Shown here: positions 17,224 through 27,108 of the stretch, piece after piece
How the letters are laid out: each line of letters starts with the position of its first letter
How positions within the stretch are numbered: the first letter of the stretch is position 1
Assembly (NCBI GenBank): GCA_024280215.1
Contig: JAJRQO010000021.1
Coordinates: 27,827-91,826 of the forward strand
Direction of reading: 5' to 3'
From: Candidatus Zixiibacteriota bacterium
GTDB lineage: Bacteria > Zixibacteria > MSB-5A5 > GN15 > FEB-12
Length of the DNA: 64,000 bases
Notes under the pieces: model-generated
What the model saw: only the letters and a program-made list of their open reading frames with translations
Told to the model about the DNA's origin: nothing
Database searches by the model: none
Made by a program: the position numbers and the translations under genes

Positions 17224-19221
17224 ATGACTATCTCATCTCAAAATGACAAGCAAGTCACAATCGGATTTGGGATAACGTTTGTATTTTTTCTTGCGATGAG
17301 AATATTAGGAACTAACCTTTTTGAGAACAATTGGTCCTTTACCCATCACTTGTATATTCCAATCTGGTACTACATCATTCCAATCGGTCTAACTACACTA
17401 TTTTATTTTATTACCAACAAAAAGAAGTCCCCTTTCGAAAGTATTCTTGAAACAAAGTTACAGAGCTACCTGTTATTCGGATTTTTCATTTTTCTCTTTA
17501 TTCTCTTCCAATTTGACTCTTTTCTCTATGGAGGGGGAAACTATAAGATAAATCAGATAGCCCAATCAGATAAAATCATTTATCAGTTTTATGAATTTGG
17601 AACAGTATTCTTTGTATCTCTTTTTTACAAACTACTCACCCTGTTTGAGATGAAAAACAATGCGGCAGGTGTTGTAAGTTGGAAGATGTATGCTTACCTC
17701 GGGATGATATTTGCCTTTGTAAGTTCTCTTTTACTTTCAAAAAAAATCAGCAATACGACTGAAAACAGATTTCTTGTTTTTATTGTCATCTTTTTAGGTC
17801 CACAGACACTTTCCTATTTTGGGTTCATCAATCAAACTTCACTCGTAACAGGTTTTATATATCTCTTCATCTATGTAGCTTTGAAATTTGAAAAGGAAAA
17901 AACATATAAGTCTTTAGGGCTCATGTGGGGATTAGCAATTCTGGCCAGCCTGACACATATCAGCATGCTTATTTTATTCCCTGCTCTTGTATTTGTAACT
18001 TTCAAAAAGTTTCTTAAACAGAAAAAAACAGCATTTATTCTTGGACTGAGTTCATATCTAATTATAACAGTCACTCTTTTTTGGGTGACATCGGTGCATT
18101 TTGAATATTCACAATCGATTCTCTTTTTAGGCAGTCATAATATGCAAGTTAGATATAATTTATTTTCGTTAAACCATATACTTGATTACCTGCAATTACT
18201 TTTTCTTTTTGTCCCACAAGTTGTAATGTTGAAGTTTTTGTTTTATAAAAACATAAAAGAGGTTTTGAACTCATTTCGGTTTCAATTACTTACACTTATC
18301 GTTTTTTCATCAAGCACTTTGATTTTTATTTTAGAACCGACTCATACTATAATATTAGATGCGCCGATGTTTGCCGTCTATCTATCCCCGATAGTAGTTA
18401 TGCTGGCAATGCTCATACAACAATCAAAACAACAATTAAAATATGTATGTGTATTTGCACTCTTTGTACCGCTCTTAACATTACCGAGCTATACTCATAT
18501 TGATATAGCGGAACAACAGGTTGGCGATTATATTGAAAAAAATCACTATTTTTACATAGAGGGTGCCACCGCTTTGCAAGATTCATACTTTCATTTGAAA
18601 AGTTTTGACAAGGCAAATAAATGGTATATTTCGCTCCCAAAAAAATCAAGAGACTATTTAGACCTTACTGCTGCGGGTGAATTTAACTACGCCAAGATGT
18701 ACTCTAAATCATTGCTGCTATATAATCAGCTCAAGACAAAAGCACCATATTGGGGCGAACCAAGATTTCATATAGCATCAATTCATATAGCTCAAAAAAG
18801 GTTCAAACTTGCTCGCCCAGAAATCGACACTTGTTTGCTGATTTCAGCTTATGAAAAAGAATACTTAAAATTGGATTATAAATATTATCTTGAAATGGGT
18901 GATTTCACCAAAGCAAAAGACCGAGTGTTATATGCTCTTTTATATCACCCCAATGATTTTGATATCAAAACAGATTTAGCTATTGTATATTATCGTCTAA
19001 AAGATATTACCAATGCCAAAAAGACTGCCTCAGAAGTAATTGCCCAAGACCCATCCCAAGCCTATGCATATTTAATTTTAGGATTTGTAGCAGAGATTCA
19101 AAAACAACCAACTGAAGCCATCAAAAACTTTAAACTATTTATCAAACAGGCTCCTGAAGAACCAGAGACCCCGGGTATTCGTAAACGATTAAATAATTTG
19201 ATTCTTCAGCAACAAAGTTAA
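17224..19221 (+). CDS. Polytopic membrane protein with C-terminal TPR repeats
   Basis: 665 aa. At least 10 hydrophobic helices in the first ~420 aa, and TPR-like repeats at the C-terminus. Starts 4 nt after recR. Confidence 0.6.
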   Translation: MTISSQNDKQVTIGFGITFVFFLAMRILGTNLFENNWSFTHHLYIPIWYYIIPIGLTTLFYFITNKKKSPFESILETKLQSYLLFGFFIFLFILFQFDSFLYGGGNYKINQIAQSDKIIYQFYEFGTVFFVSLFYKLLTLFEMKNNAAGVVSWKMYAYLGMIFAFVSSLLLSKKISNTTENRFLVFIVIFLGPQTLSYFGFINQTSLVTGFIYLFIYVALKFEKEKTYKSLGLMWGLAILASLTHISMLILFPALVFVTFKKFLKQKKTAFILGLSSYLIITVTLFWVTSVHFEYSQSILFLGSHNMQVRYNLFSLNHILDYLQLLFLFVPQVVMLKFLFYKNIKEVLNSFRFQLLTLIVFSSSTLIFILEPTHTIILDAPMFAVYLSPIVVMLAMLIQQSKQQLKYVCVFALFVPLLTLPSYTHIDIAEQQVGDYIEKNHYFYIEGATALQDSYFHLKSFDKANKWYISLPKKSRDYLDLTAAGEFNYAKMYSKSLLLYNQLKTKAPYWGEPRFHIASIHIAQKRFKLARPEIDTCLLISAYEKEYLKLDYKYYLEMGDFTKAKDRVLYALLYHPNDFDIKTDLAIVYYRLKDITNAKKTASEVIAQDPSQAYAYLILGFVAEIQKQPTEAIKNFKLFIKQAPEEPETPGIRKRLNNLILQQQS

Positions 19222-19224
19222 AAT

Positions 19225-20625
19225 TTAATACCTACTCTCAATACGAGCGAATCCGTCAAGAGCTGCAACTTTATATGCTTCAGAAAGTGTCGGATAATTC
19301 AATACAGTCTCCATGAAATAATCAAGTGTCCCCCCAAATGACATGACTGCTTGTCCAATATGAATTAACTCGGTAGCCCGTTCTCCAACAATATGCACAC
19401 CTAAAATCTTTTTTGTCTTAGGTTCAAAAATTAACTTGAGCATTCCGTCATGATCATTAATTATCTGTCCACGTGCCAATTCAAAATAACGAGCGATACC
19501 AATTTCATATTCTTGATTTTTCTCACTCAAAGATTCTTCAGTTTCGCCAACCATAGAGACCTCTGGAATAGTATAAATACCAATCGGAATAATACTATTG
19601 ATACGTGATCTATCATTTTCTTTAAAAGCATGAATCGCTGCAAGTCGCCCCTGGTCCATCGAAACTGAAGCAAGAGAAGGAAAACCAATCACATCGCCAA
19701 CAGCATAAATATTATCAACAGCAGTACGATACATCTCATCAACTTGAATAAGACCCCGACTATCGACTTCAATACTTAAATTTTCAAGCCCAATATTTTC
19801 AGTGTTACCGCTTCGACCAGCGGCAAAAAGTAGTCGGTCAGATGTTATCTTTCGACCAGATTCAGTTGTTGTAACAACTTGCTCATTGACAATTTCATGT
19901 GATTTATCGCCATCACCTAATATAAGATTTATTCGATATTTTCTCATCAAGTAGACAAGACTATCAGCAATTTCTCTATCTAAAAATGAAAGCAATCTGT
20001 CACGACTATCAATGATAGTCACTTTAGTTCCGATATGGGCAAAGATTGAAGCATACTCACAGCCAATCACTCCACCGCCAACAATCGTAAGTGAGCGTGG
20101 GATTGCATCAAGATTGAGAATCGATTCTCCATCATAGACGTAATGTTCGTCAAAATCGAGACGTTCAGGATGATATGGATGCGTCCCTGTAGAAATAATA
20201 ATTACTTTTCCTTTAAGTACTGATGTGTTGTTATCGTTGTCCGAGACAACTACGGTGTTCGGATCTGAAATCATCCCAGTCCCTTTTATAACTTCAATTC
20301 GGTAACGTGCCATATTTTGTTGAATCACGTCAATCTCTTGTTGGATAACTTGATCCTTGCGATACATAAGTTCTCGAATTGAAATATCAGACTTCACGCC
20401 ACCCACTAATCCATAAACCGAACGTTGACGCAGACCTGAAATATACAATACAGTTTCACGCAGTGTCTTTGAAGGAATCGTACCTGTATGAATACAAACA
20501 CCACCCTGCACCGAATGTCGCTCGACAATAGCAGTAGTTTTTCTCATACGTGCTGCTTCAATAGCAGCTTTTTCACCTGCAGGTCCCGAACCAATAACTA
20601 TTAAATCATATTCTTTAAAACTCAT
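19225..20625 (-). CDS. sthA: Soluble pyridine nucleotide transhydrogenase (Si-specific), flavoprotein disulfide reductase family
   Basis: 466 aa. GSGPAG FAD motif. GGVCIHTGTIPSK has Thr in place of the second redox Cys, as in SthA rather than lipoamide dehydrogenase. Confidence 0.8.
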   Translation of the reverse strand: MSFKEYDLIVIGSGPAGEKAAIEAARMRKTTAIVERHSVQGGVCIHTGTIPSKTLRETVLYISGLRQRSVYGLVGGVKSDISIRELMYRKDQVIQQEIDVIQQNMARYRIEVIKGTGMISDPNTVVVSDNDNNTSVLKGKVIIISTGTHPYHPERLDFDEHYVYDGESILNLDAIPRSLTIVGGGVIGCEYASIFAHIGTKVTIIDSRDRLLSFLDREIADSLVYLMRKYRINLILGDGDKSHEIVNEQVVTTTESGRKITSDRLLFAAGRSGNTENIGLENLSIEVDSRGLIQVDEMYRTAVDNIYAVGDVIGFPSLASVSMDQGRLAAIHAFKENDRSRINSIIPIGIYTIPEVSMVGETEESLSEKNQEYEIGIARYFELARGQIINDHDGMLKLIFEPKTKKILGVHIVGERATELIHIGQAVMSFGGTLDYFMETVLNYPTLSEAYKVAALDGFARIESRY

Positions 20626-20668
20626 AATCTATACCTCAAAAAGTTCTTCCTTGAATTGACTATATTAT

Positions 20669-21679
20669 TTAGATGTTTATAAAATCTTGTATTTGAGTTT
20701 GCATTGTAGCTAATCTCTCTTTTACTTTATCGACATTTTTAACAGCAGACCTGAGCGAACCAGAAGCTCTCTCCTGTAAATCGTTTAATTTTGAAACATG
20801 TTCATACAAATCATTGAGTAATTCGGAGAACTTCCTGCTATCCGATGTAATCCCTGCTTCACGATAGATAGCTGAAATCGACGCTAAGAAGCCATATAAA
20901 TGTCCTGGTGAGCTTGGAATAACTTTCTTCGAGAGTGAATAGCTAAAGAGCTGTTCCTGTTCATGAGACAGCAGATGAGTATAAATTCCTTCAGCAGGCA
21001 AGTACATAATCGCAAACTCAGTCGAGTTTTCATCGGGGCAGATATATTTTTCGCTGATCGCATCAATATGTTTTTTTACTGCTTGAGCAAATTCTTTTTC
21101 TAATTTAATTTTTATTGTTTCATCATATTCTGACAATAAGCGGTTAAAAGATTCAAGAGGAAATTTAGAATCTATCGGCAAAATACGTTCATTTAATTTT
21201 ACAATGGCATCAACACGAACATTACCTTTAAAACTATATTGGAAATCTAAAAGTGCATCAGGTAAAATTTCTCTCAATAAATTTTCAAGAAGAATTTCGC
21301 CAAACTGCCCTCTCATTTTTGGTGGTTTTAAAATATCAGATAATGACTGAATATTTTTCCCAATAGCTTCTAAGTTTGAAGTTTGATTAGATAGTTTACC
21401 TAACTTATTTTCAATCTCGTTGACAACCGCCAAACGTTTATCAATAACAGCGTTGCCCTCAGCAAGAGTTGTATGTAATGTATGATTTGCTTTATCAACA
21501 GTATCTTTGAGAGAAATAAGCCCTTCTAATTGCTTGGTCGTTATTTCACTCTTAAATTCAGCAAGAAGATGACTAAGTGATTCTTCAGATTTTTTATTTT
21601 TATCACGCAATAACAAAAGAGTTGTAATCACAATATTCACAACAACAGCGATTATTAAAACGAGCATCAACAAATCCAT
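20669..21679 (-). CDS. rmuC: DNA recombination protein RmuC
   Basis: 336 aa. N-terminal TM helix, a coiled coil, and a C-terminal nuclease-like core VDAIVKL...LPIDSKFPLE. Confidence 0.85.
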   Translation of the reverse strand: MDLLMLVLIIAVVVNIVITTLLLLRDKNKKSEESLSHLLAEFKSEITTKQLEGLISLKDTVDKANHTLHTTLAEGNAVIDKRLAVVNEIENKLGKLSNQTSNLEAIGKNIQSLSDILKPPKMRGQFGEILLENLLREILPDALLDFQYSFKGNVRVDAIVKLNERILPIDSKFPLESFNRLLSEYDETIKIKLEKEFAQAVKKHIDAISEKYICPDENSTEFAIMYLPAEGIYTHLLSHEQEQLFSYSLSKKVIPSSPGHLYGFLASISAIYREAGITSDSRKFSELLNDLYEHVSKLNDLQERASGSLRSAVKNVDKVKERLATMQTQIQDFINI

Positions 21680-21691
21680 GTAAGCTCTTTT

Positions 21692-23272
21692 TTAATTTGG
21701 TAAAATTACAAATTCTGTTTTCTTATTCAGTTTAGAAGATAAAACTTCTTTTTTGAATTTGAAATATAATTTATGATTTTTATCATCAAAATACGCATCT
21801 GATGGTTGTAAACTCCAAATATACTTAGCGATGAGATGGTTCGTGGCATAATCATACACGCCAACTTCATTACGGTCATATCGAACCCCAAAGCGATAAC
21901 CAGCGAATTCTGTTGCTACTTTGTACTGCTCTTCAAACAGTATAGAACGCTTCCCATCAAGAACTGCTTGATTCTCAAAAAGGATATTTCCCATGACAGT
22001 ATCATTTGCCATTGCGGAAATTTCAAAAGAATAAAATTCTTTATCTGCTTTAATAATCAGCCCATCAGCATTATAAATCTCTTCCCCCTTCTCAGAGAGT
22101 CCAGGTTGTAAATAAGAATGAGCAACAACGTTGTCAAGATAACTTCTGAAATCCGTTTGCAACTCCGCCCAATCACTTTTATTAACCGCTTGAGCAAAAC
22201 TCTGTTTGATTTCTTTTGCTGACAAAGAATTGAGTGAGTCAGCAGAACCACAGAAGTTTTTATACAATTCAAAATAGTTATCGACTCCAATTCTATCGAT
22301 TAAATAACCAGAAAAAAGTCCAGAAACTGAATAAGCAATATTTGAGGTCGCCACTTTTTGAAAGTCTGAAAAGGCAAGAATGGAGTCAATAGAGATAATA
22401 TCTTCGCTAATCAAAAACTCGCCAATAGATGCCAAAGTATTAGGTGCTTTCCCCCATCGCCCACCAAAATAAACAGCAGTACCTTCCCGTAAAATTGGAA
22501 GCGAATAGAGCGGTAACGATTTGAGTTTGATATTTGTCAGTAGATGAACTATTTCATGATGATGCGGGAAAAATGCTGAGATAATATCATTTGATGGCAT
22601 ATCATAAGTACCTTTTACAAGATGCCCTGTAATCTGTTCGACCTGCTTGTCTGACTCACAATAGAAATACTCAATTTTCTTTTCAGCAATTAGCTCTAAA
22701 ACATCGTCAGACAAGTTCATGTCTTTTGCCATTTTTTCGATAAAACGATCAGCTTCAGCAAGTCCAATCTCATTTAAATTAGATTCCAAGGTGCTATGAT
22801 ATCTGATATTAAAATATTTTGTCTGTTTTGTTTCCCAATCAATTGAGTAATAATTTTGAGGGAAGGTGAGCCAAAAATAATTATCAATGTTTCGCATATA
22901 GTAGGTATATTCTGTGAGGTTGCCATTTACTATTGATGAGTACAATAAATTTGAAAAACCTCTTGGCATTTTAGCAGTTTTTTTGGCAGGAGGTTGCAGA
23001 TGCTCACGCATAAGATCGATATCTTTTACTATCGGAGAATAACAATCAATTTTAAGAGGGATATTATCATACGTTATACCAAACCGTGCAGCTCTTTCTC
23101 GACATTCATCTGTCCAATGATAATAAGCTGACTCCGTATTGCCAGATACCAAAAGGTCAAAATATCCAGATAAAGTACCAATGTCACTATCTGCTTTCAA
23201 GGACGAAAAAGTTAATAAACAGACAAGACTTACAATAGTAATATATTTATATTTTAACATACCGAACTCCAT
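21692..23272 (-). CDS. Secreted protein with a peptidase-MA-like HExxH motif
   Basis: 526 aa. Signal peptide. HHEIVHLL followed by REGTAVYFGG resembles the Peptidase_MA_2 pattern (HExxH ... EG.A.Y). Separated from the PorV-like gene by a terminator. Confidence 0.55.
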   Translation of the reverse strand: MEFGMLKYKYITIVSLVCLLTFSSLKADSDIGTLSGYFDLLVSGNTESAYYHWTDECRERAARFGITYDNIPLKIDCYSPIVKDIDLMREHLQPPAKKTAKMPRGFSNLLYSSIVNGNLTEYTYYMRNIDNYFWLTFPQNYYSIDWETKQTKYFNIRYHSTLESNLNEIGLAEADRFIEKMAKDMNLSDDVLELIAEKKIEYFYCESDKQVEQITGHLVKGTYDMPSNDIISAFFPHHHEIVHLLTNIKLKSLPLYSLPILREGTAVYFGGRWGKAPNTLASIGEFLISEDIISIDSILAFSDFQKVATSNIAYSVSGLFSGYLIDRIGVDNYFELYKNFCGSADSLNSLSAKEIKQSFAQAVNKSDWAELQTDFRSYLDNVVAHSYLQPGLSEKGEEIYNADGLIIKADKEFYSFEISAMANDTVMGNILFENQAVLDGKRSILFEEQYKVATEFAGYRFGVRYDRNEVGVYDYATNHLIAKYIWSLQPSDAYFDDKNHKLYFKFKKEVLSSKLNKKTEFVILPN

Positions 23273-23326
23273 ATATAATTATCTAAATTTTCTTTCAGTT
23301 TATACAGTATACATCAAAAATAGCTC

Positions 23327-23355
23327 AAAAAAAACCCCTAATATCAGGGGTTTTT
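23327..23355 (-). terminator. Rho-independent terminator after the PorV-like gene
   Basis: Stem cccct / agggg flanked by A8 and T5. On the minus strand a T8 run follows the hairpin. Confidence 0.75.
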
Positions 23356-23377
23356 ATATAATTTAGTATACTCAAAT

Positions 23378-24367
23378 TTAAAAAGTAAATCCAAGTGAAA
23401 ATCTTTGAGTCGACGAAAGCCGACCAAAATCCTGCCAAGCATAGTCAATAAATAAGTTAGACTCTTCTCCTAATGATGTTTGTGTACCACCACCAAGGGT
23501 TAAACCTTGCTCATCATAATTTATTTTGTAACCACCTCTCAGGAAATATTTTCCATCAAAGGCAAACTGTGTACCAAAAGCACCCTGTTCTACATTATCA
23601 TTTGGATGTTTAAATTCAGATGACAAAGTTACGACTGCTTTATCATTGAGGTCAAAGTCATAGGCTAAACCTACTCGAAATGTCAATGGCAGTTCGTACG
23701 AGCTTGATTGCTTCGCAGATGAAACAGGAATTCCATTATCATCAATATACGAGAAGGCTAAATCAGAACCCGCAAATTTTAATTTTGGTCCCATATTAGA
23801 AATACTCATACCCATCCGCAATGATTTATATCCTGTTTGAAGCTGTGTACCAAAATCAAAAGCAATCCCAGACGAAGTCAGGTGGTGAATTTTTTCACCG
23901 ACATATTTGAATGTACCACCAAAGGCAACTTTTGCATTAAGTTGTCTGGCATAAGAGACCCCAATCGCAAAAGATGAAACCGAATAAAACTCACCAGAGC
24001 CATCTTGATTCTCAAAATTTGTTATCTCGATATCTTCCATAGAAAGAACTGTCGTTGAAAAGCCAAAAACACCTACATCTTCAAAATATTTTGCATATCC
24101 AAAATAATTGAGATTTACATCCAAAAGATAATTAACATTTGTAAAAACTGCTTGAGATTCTGTCACACCAACTAAACCAGCTGGATTCCAAAACATCGAA
24201 TATGCATCATTAACAAACGCAACAGATGCTTCACCGATTCCTTGATATCTGGAGCCAACTCCAATTTTTAAAAATTGTGCACCAGATGATCCGACTTTGC
24301 TAAATTCAGCAGAGACAGAACTAAAGATGAAGAGAAACATAACTAATATAAGAGCTATTTTTTTCAT
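23378..24367 (-). CDS. PorV/PorQ-family outer-membrane beta-barrel (T9SS-associated)
   Basis: 329 aa. Signal peptide. The N-terminal motif GSSGAQFLKIGVGSRYQGIGEASVAFVNDAYSMFWNPAGL matches the PorV/PorQ family signature. Ends in F. Confidence 0.75.
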   Translation of the reverse strand: MKKIALILVMFLFIFSSVSAEFSKVGSSGAQFLKIGVGSRYQGIGEASVAFVNDAYSMFWNPAGLVGVTESQAVFTNVNYLLDVNLNYFGYAKYFEDVGVFGFSTTVLSMEDIEITNFENQDGSGEFYSVSSFAIGVSYARQLNAKVAFGGTFKYVGEKIHHLTSSGIAFDFGTQLQTGYKSLRMGMSISNMGPKLKFAGSDLAFSYIDDNGIPVSSAKQSSSYELPLTFRVGLAYDFDLNDKAVVTLSSEFKHPNDNVEQGAFGTQFAFDGKYFLRGGYKINYDEQGLTLGGGTQTSLGEESNLFIDYAWQDFGRLSSTQRFSLGFTF

Positions 24368-24378
24368 TTTCTTATCCT

Positions 24379-27096
24379 CTACTTCACTACCGCAAATCGT
24401 CCGAGGAACTCACCGTATGGAGACTCGACATGATATAGGTAAACACCAGAAGCAACAAGTTGTGAATTCACTGAAAGTAAATCCCAGACAGCGTCTCCTC
24501 CAGTTTGGTTATGGTCAATAGTTTTCACTAAATCACCAGCAAGATTATATACTCTAATTGTACATTCATTCGGTAAGTTTGTAAAATGCAGAGCAGTATT
24601 TAAACTATGTGAACGCTCTACATCAGAATTATATGAGACAAAGTACGGATTAGGTACAACTTTAATATCTTTCATTTCATTACTTGCGGTTTGACTATTA
24701 ATCCCGTCAACTTTGAAAACAAATTGATCCTGCGGTCCGTTTAATGAAGCACCTTCGATAGTCACAACATCACCAACCTGAGGGTTGTATGTTTCATCAT
24801 CAAAAGCAAACATCCAACTATAATAATCAGGAAATGCTGACGCCATTGCTGTTCCATTTGAATCATACGGAACATTTATAATCAAAAGTAAGTCGTAATA
24901 ATCCCAAGCATCATTTTGAGCAAAGTCATAAGTCACAACAGAGACACGTTGATTGGTCGTTGTATTCCAAACTTCAAATGGAACCATATACTCAATAAAG
25001 CTGTTCGCATAAAGGTAAGCTCCGATTGAACCTGCGATAGATGAATCACCAGTATAACGAATTTCATAAGTTGAACGGAAATGCTCATGTCCAAAAACGA
25101 CGTCACCACTATAAAAAGACTCTAAACCAACACCATAAAATGTACTGGTATCAATAATAACCAAACTTGAATCACCTACTGTTTGTGTCATTGATCGAGG
25201 AACAACATCACCGTCATTGACGACAACCCGTAAACCATCGACGACTTCGTTAATTACAACATCATCATTATTTACAAGTGTTTGGTTAGCAAGTAATGTA
25301 TCAGAGGTTGTCGTATTGATTAAGTGCCAATATGTTTCATCTGGTCTGTCTTCAAATACAACAGCGTAATCACCATCAACCATATCATTCCAATCAAAAA
25401 CAATTGGGAAAATCTGACCATCCGATGGCACTTCCGTACCATTATATTCATGAGTCACAGTTGAAGCGGCATCATAAAATCCAGCTGGATTTGTACGTGG
25501 AGTCACTTTAATAACATTTGGTGATGAACCCGCAACACCAAATCCATTTTGAAGAGGGTCACTTCCAGTTAAGGTATCTCCCAAATCATAAGCAGAAATA
25601 CAATACCAATATTCAACTTCATTATATAATCCTGTATCTATATAAGAATGAGGAATCGGATCCCCAGGAGAAATTACAGAATAATTTGCTATTGTTAGAT
25701 AATCTTCATTAAGACAATTATTTGTATTGCTTTCATCAATGTCACCCCAAGTTTTACCAAGATCTTCAGATTTATACAATTTGTAACCTGAAAAATCAGA
25801 AATATTAGAAAGAGGATCAATAGAACTTTCAGCTACTTCGTTCCACTCGAGATATATTTTTCTGTCACCTGCACGAACCGAAAGGGTTGGAGTCTTTGGA
25901 GGCTCAGGACCTACATAAAAGGCATCATATAATGTTTGGACTGCTTCAGCATTTTGAACAAAATCAACTGAATCTTCAGCACCAATCAAGGCATAAACAA
26001 CACGTACTGTAGCACCTGCTTGTAAGTTAATTCCACGAACAGCTTGAATATAAAACTGATCAGTCGGAGCAAGAGGAGCATCATACTGTGCTGAATTTAT
26101 CATTGCAAATCGGCCAGGATCATCACTTGGAAGAACATCCCAGTCATCAGTACGAAATGCGGTCATTCCTACATTGTTAGGTGTCTCTAAAAGTTTTGTA
26201 CCCATGATTCCTGTTTTGGAAGCCCAGCCTGGGTCTTCACCCTGAACATCATATGTGTACGCCCAACCATTGGCGGTGTCATACACAACAGCATCTTCCA
26301 AACGTCCGTTATCACCTGTAATACTATAATAACCACCTACATCTAAATCGACATATAGTCCGAAGGCGAAGTCAGTATAATCATTTGTTGTTGTATTGGT
26401 AATATCCATAACTACAAACATAAAGTCTTCATTGTAACAATAATTCCACTGATATACAGAATGAGTTAATTCAAGCCCCATTAGTGAAGTACCCGATGCA
26501 GCATCATTAAAACGATAATATGAATCTTGTTCAGATGTTGGACCACCTGGAGTATTACTTGTTGCTAAGGTGTTATACTTTTCATTATAAACCCAATTAT
26601 TTGTTACTGCATCCCATACTCTCCAGCCATTTGCAGGACGACTTTCATTTATACCTATAGTATCTGTCAAATCATAATTATAATACCGAGTGGTATCTGT
26701 CGATAGATACATACGATATTCATCAACACCATCAACTGGCATTTGTATTGCTTGAAAATCATCAACTGAATTAGCGACCAAAGTATCACCATTAGGCATT
26801 GTTGCCCCCATCCAATATCTTATTTCCGCTAAATAACTATGTCCAGAATTACGTGGCCATTCTCCTGATGGTATTCCAAAATGAGAGTACCCACCAACAT
26901 ATCCATAGTTATCAACACTAGTAATAATATTGCCTCGGTCATGTATAATTTGATCAACAGTATTAGAAGCTGGTGCCAATGACAAACCATCATTGAGAAG
27001 TCCTGTTTTGACTGGCTCTTTTGCATTTGTAACTGAGACAAGTGTCAAAAGTAAAAGAATCGTTATGAGTATACTTATATATTTTTTCATTTTCAT
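24379..27096 (-). CDS. Large secreted protein with an FN3-like domain and a T9SS-type C-terminal sorting domain
   Basis: 905 aa. Signal peptide. The C-terminal ~90 aa (TIRVYNLAGDLVKTI...ASGVYLYHVESPYGEFLGRFAVVK) fits the Por-secretion/FlgD-Ig-like CTD pattern. No catalytic motif recognised. Confidence 0.7.
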   Translation of the reverse strand: MKMKKYISILITILLLLTLVSVTNAKEPVKTGLLNDGLSLAPASNTVDQIIHDRGNIITSVDNYGYVGGYSHFGIPSGEWPRNSGHSYLAEIRYWMGATMPNGDTLVANSVDDFQAIQMPVDGVDEYRMYLSTDTTRYYNYDLTDTIGINESRPANGWRVWDAVTNNWVYNEKYNTLATSNTPGGPTSEQDSYYRFNDAASGTSLMGLELTHSVYQWNYCYNEDFMFVVMDITNTTTNDYTDFAFGLYVDLDVGGYYSITGDNGRLEDAVVYDTANGWAYTYDVQGEDPGWASKTGIMGTKLLETPNNVGMTAFRTDDWDVLPSDDPGRFAMINSAQYDAPLAPTDQFYIQAVRGINLQAGATVRVVYALIGAEDSVDFVQNAEAVQTLYDAFYVGPEPPKTPTLSVRAGDRKIYLEWNEVAESSIDPLSNISDFSGYKLYKSEDLGKTWGDIDESNTNNCLNEDYLTIANYSVISPGDPIPHSYIDTGLYNEVEYWYCISAYDLGDTLTGSDPLQNGFGVAGSSPNVIKVTPRTNPAGFYDAASTVTHEYNGTEVPSDGQIFPIVFDWNDMVDGDYAVVFEDRPDETYWHLINTTTSDTLLANQTLVNNDDVVINEVVDGLRVVVNDGDVVPRSMTQTVGDSSLVIIDTSTFYGVGLESFYSGDVVFGHEHFRSTYEIRYTGDSSIAGSIGAYLYANSFIEYMVPFEVWNTTTNQRVSVVTYDFAQNDAWDYYDLLLIINVPYDSNGTAMASAFPDYYSWMFAFDDETYNPQVGDVVTIEGASLNGPQDQFVFKVDGINSQTASNEMKDIKVVPNPYFVSYNSDVERSHSLNTALHFTNLPNECTIRVYNLAGDLVKTIDHNQTGGDAVWDLLSVNSQLVASGVYLYHVESPYGEFLGRFAVVK

Positions 27097-27108
27097 ATCC
27101 TCTTCGGC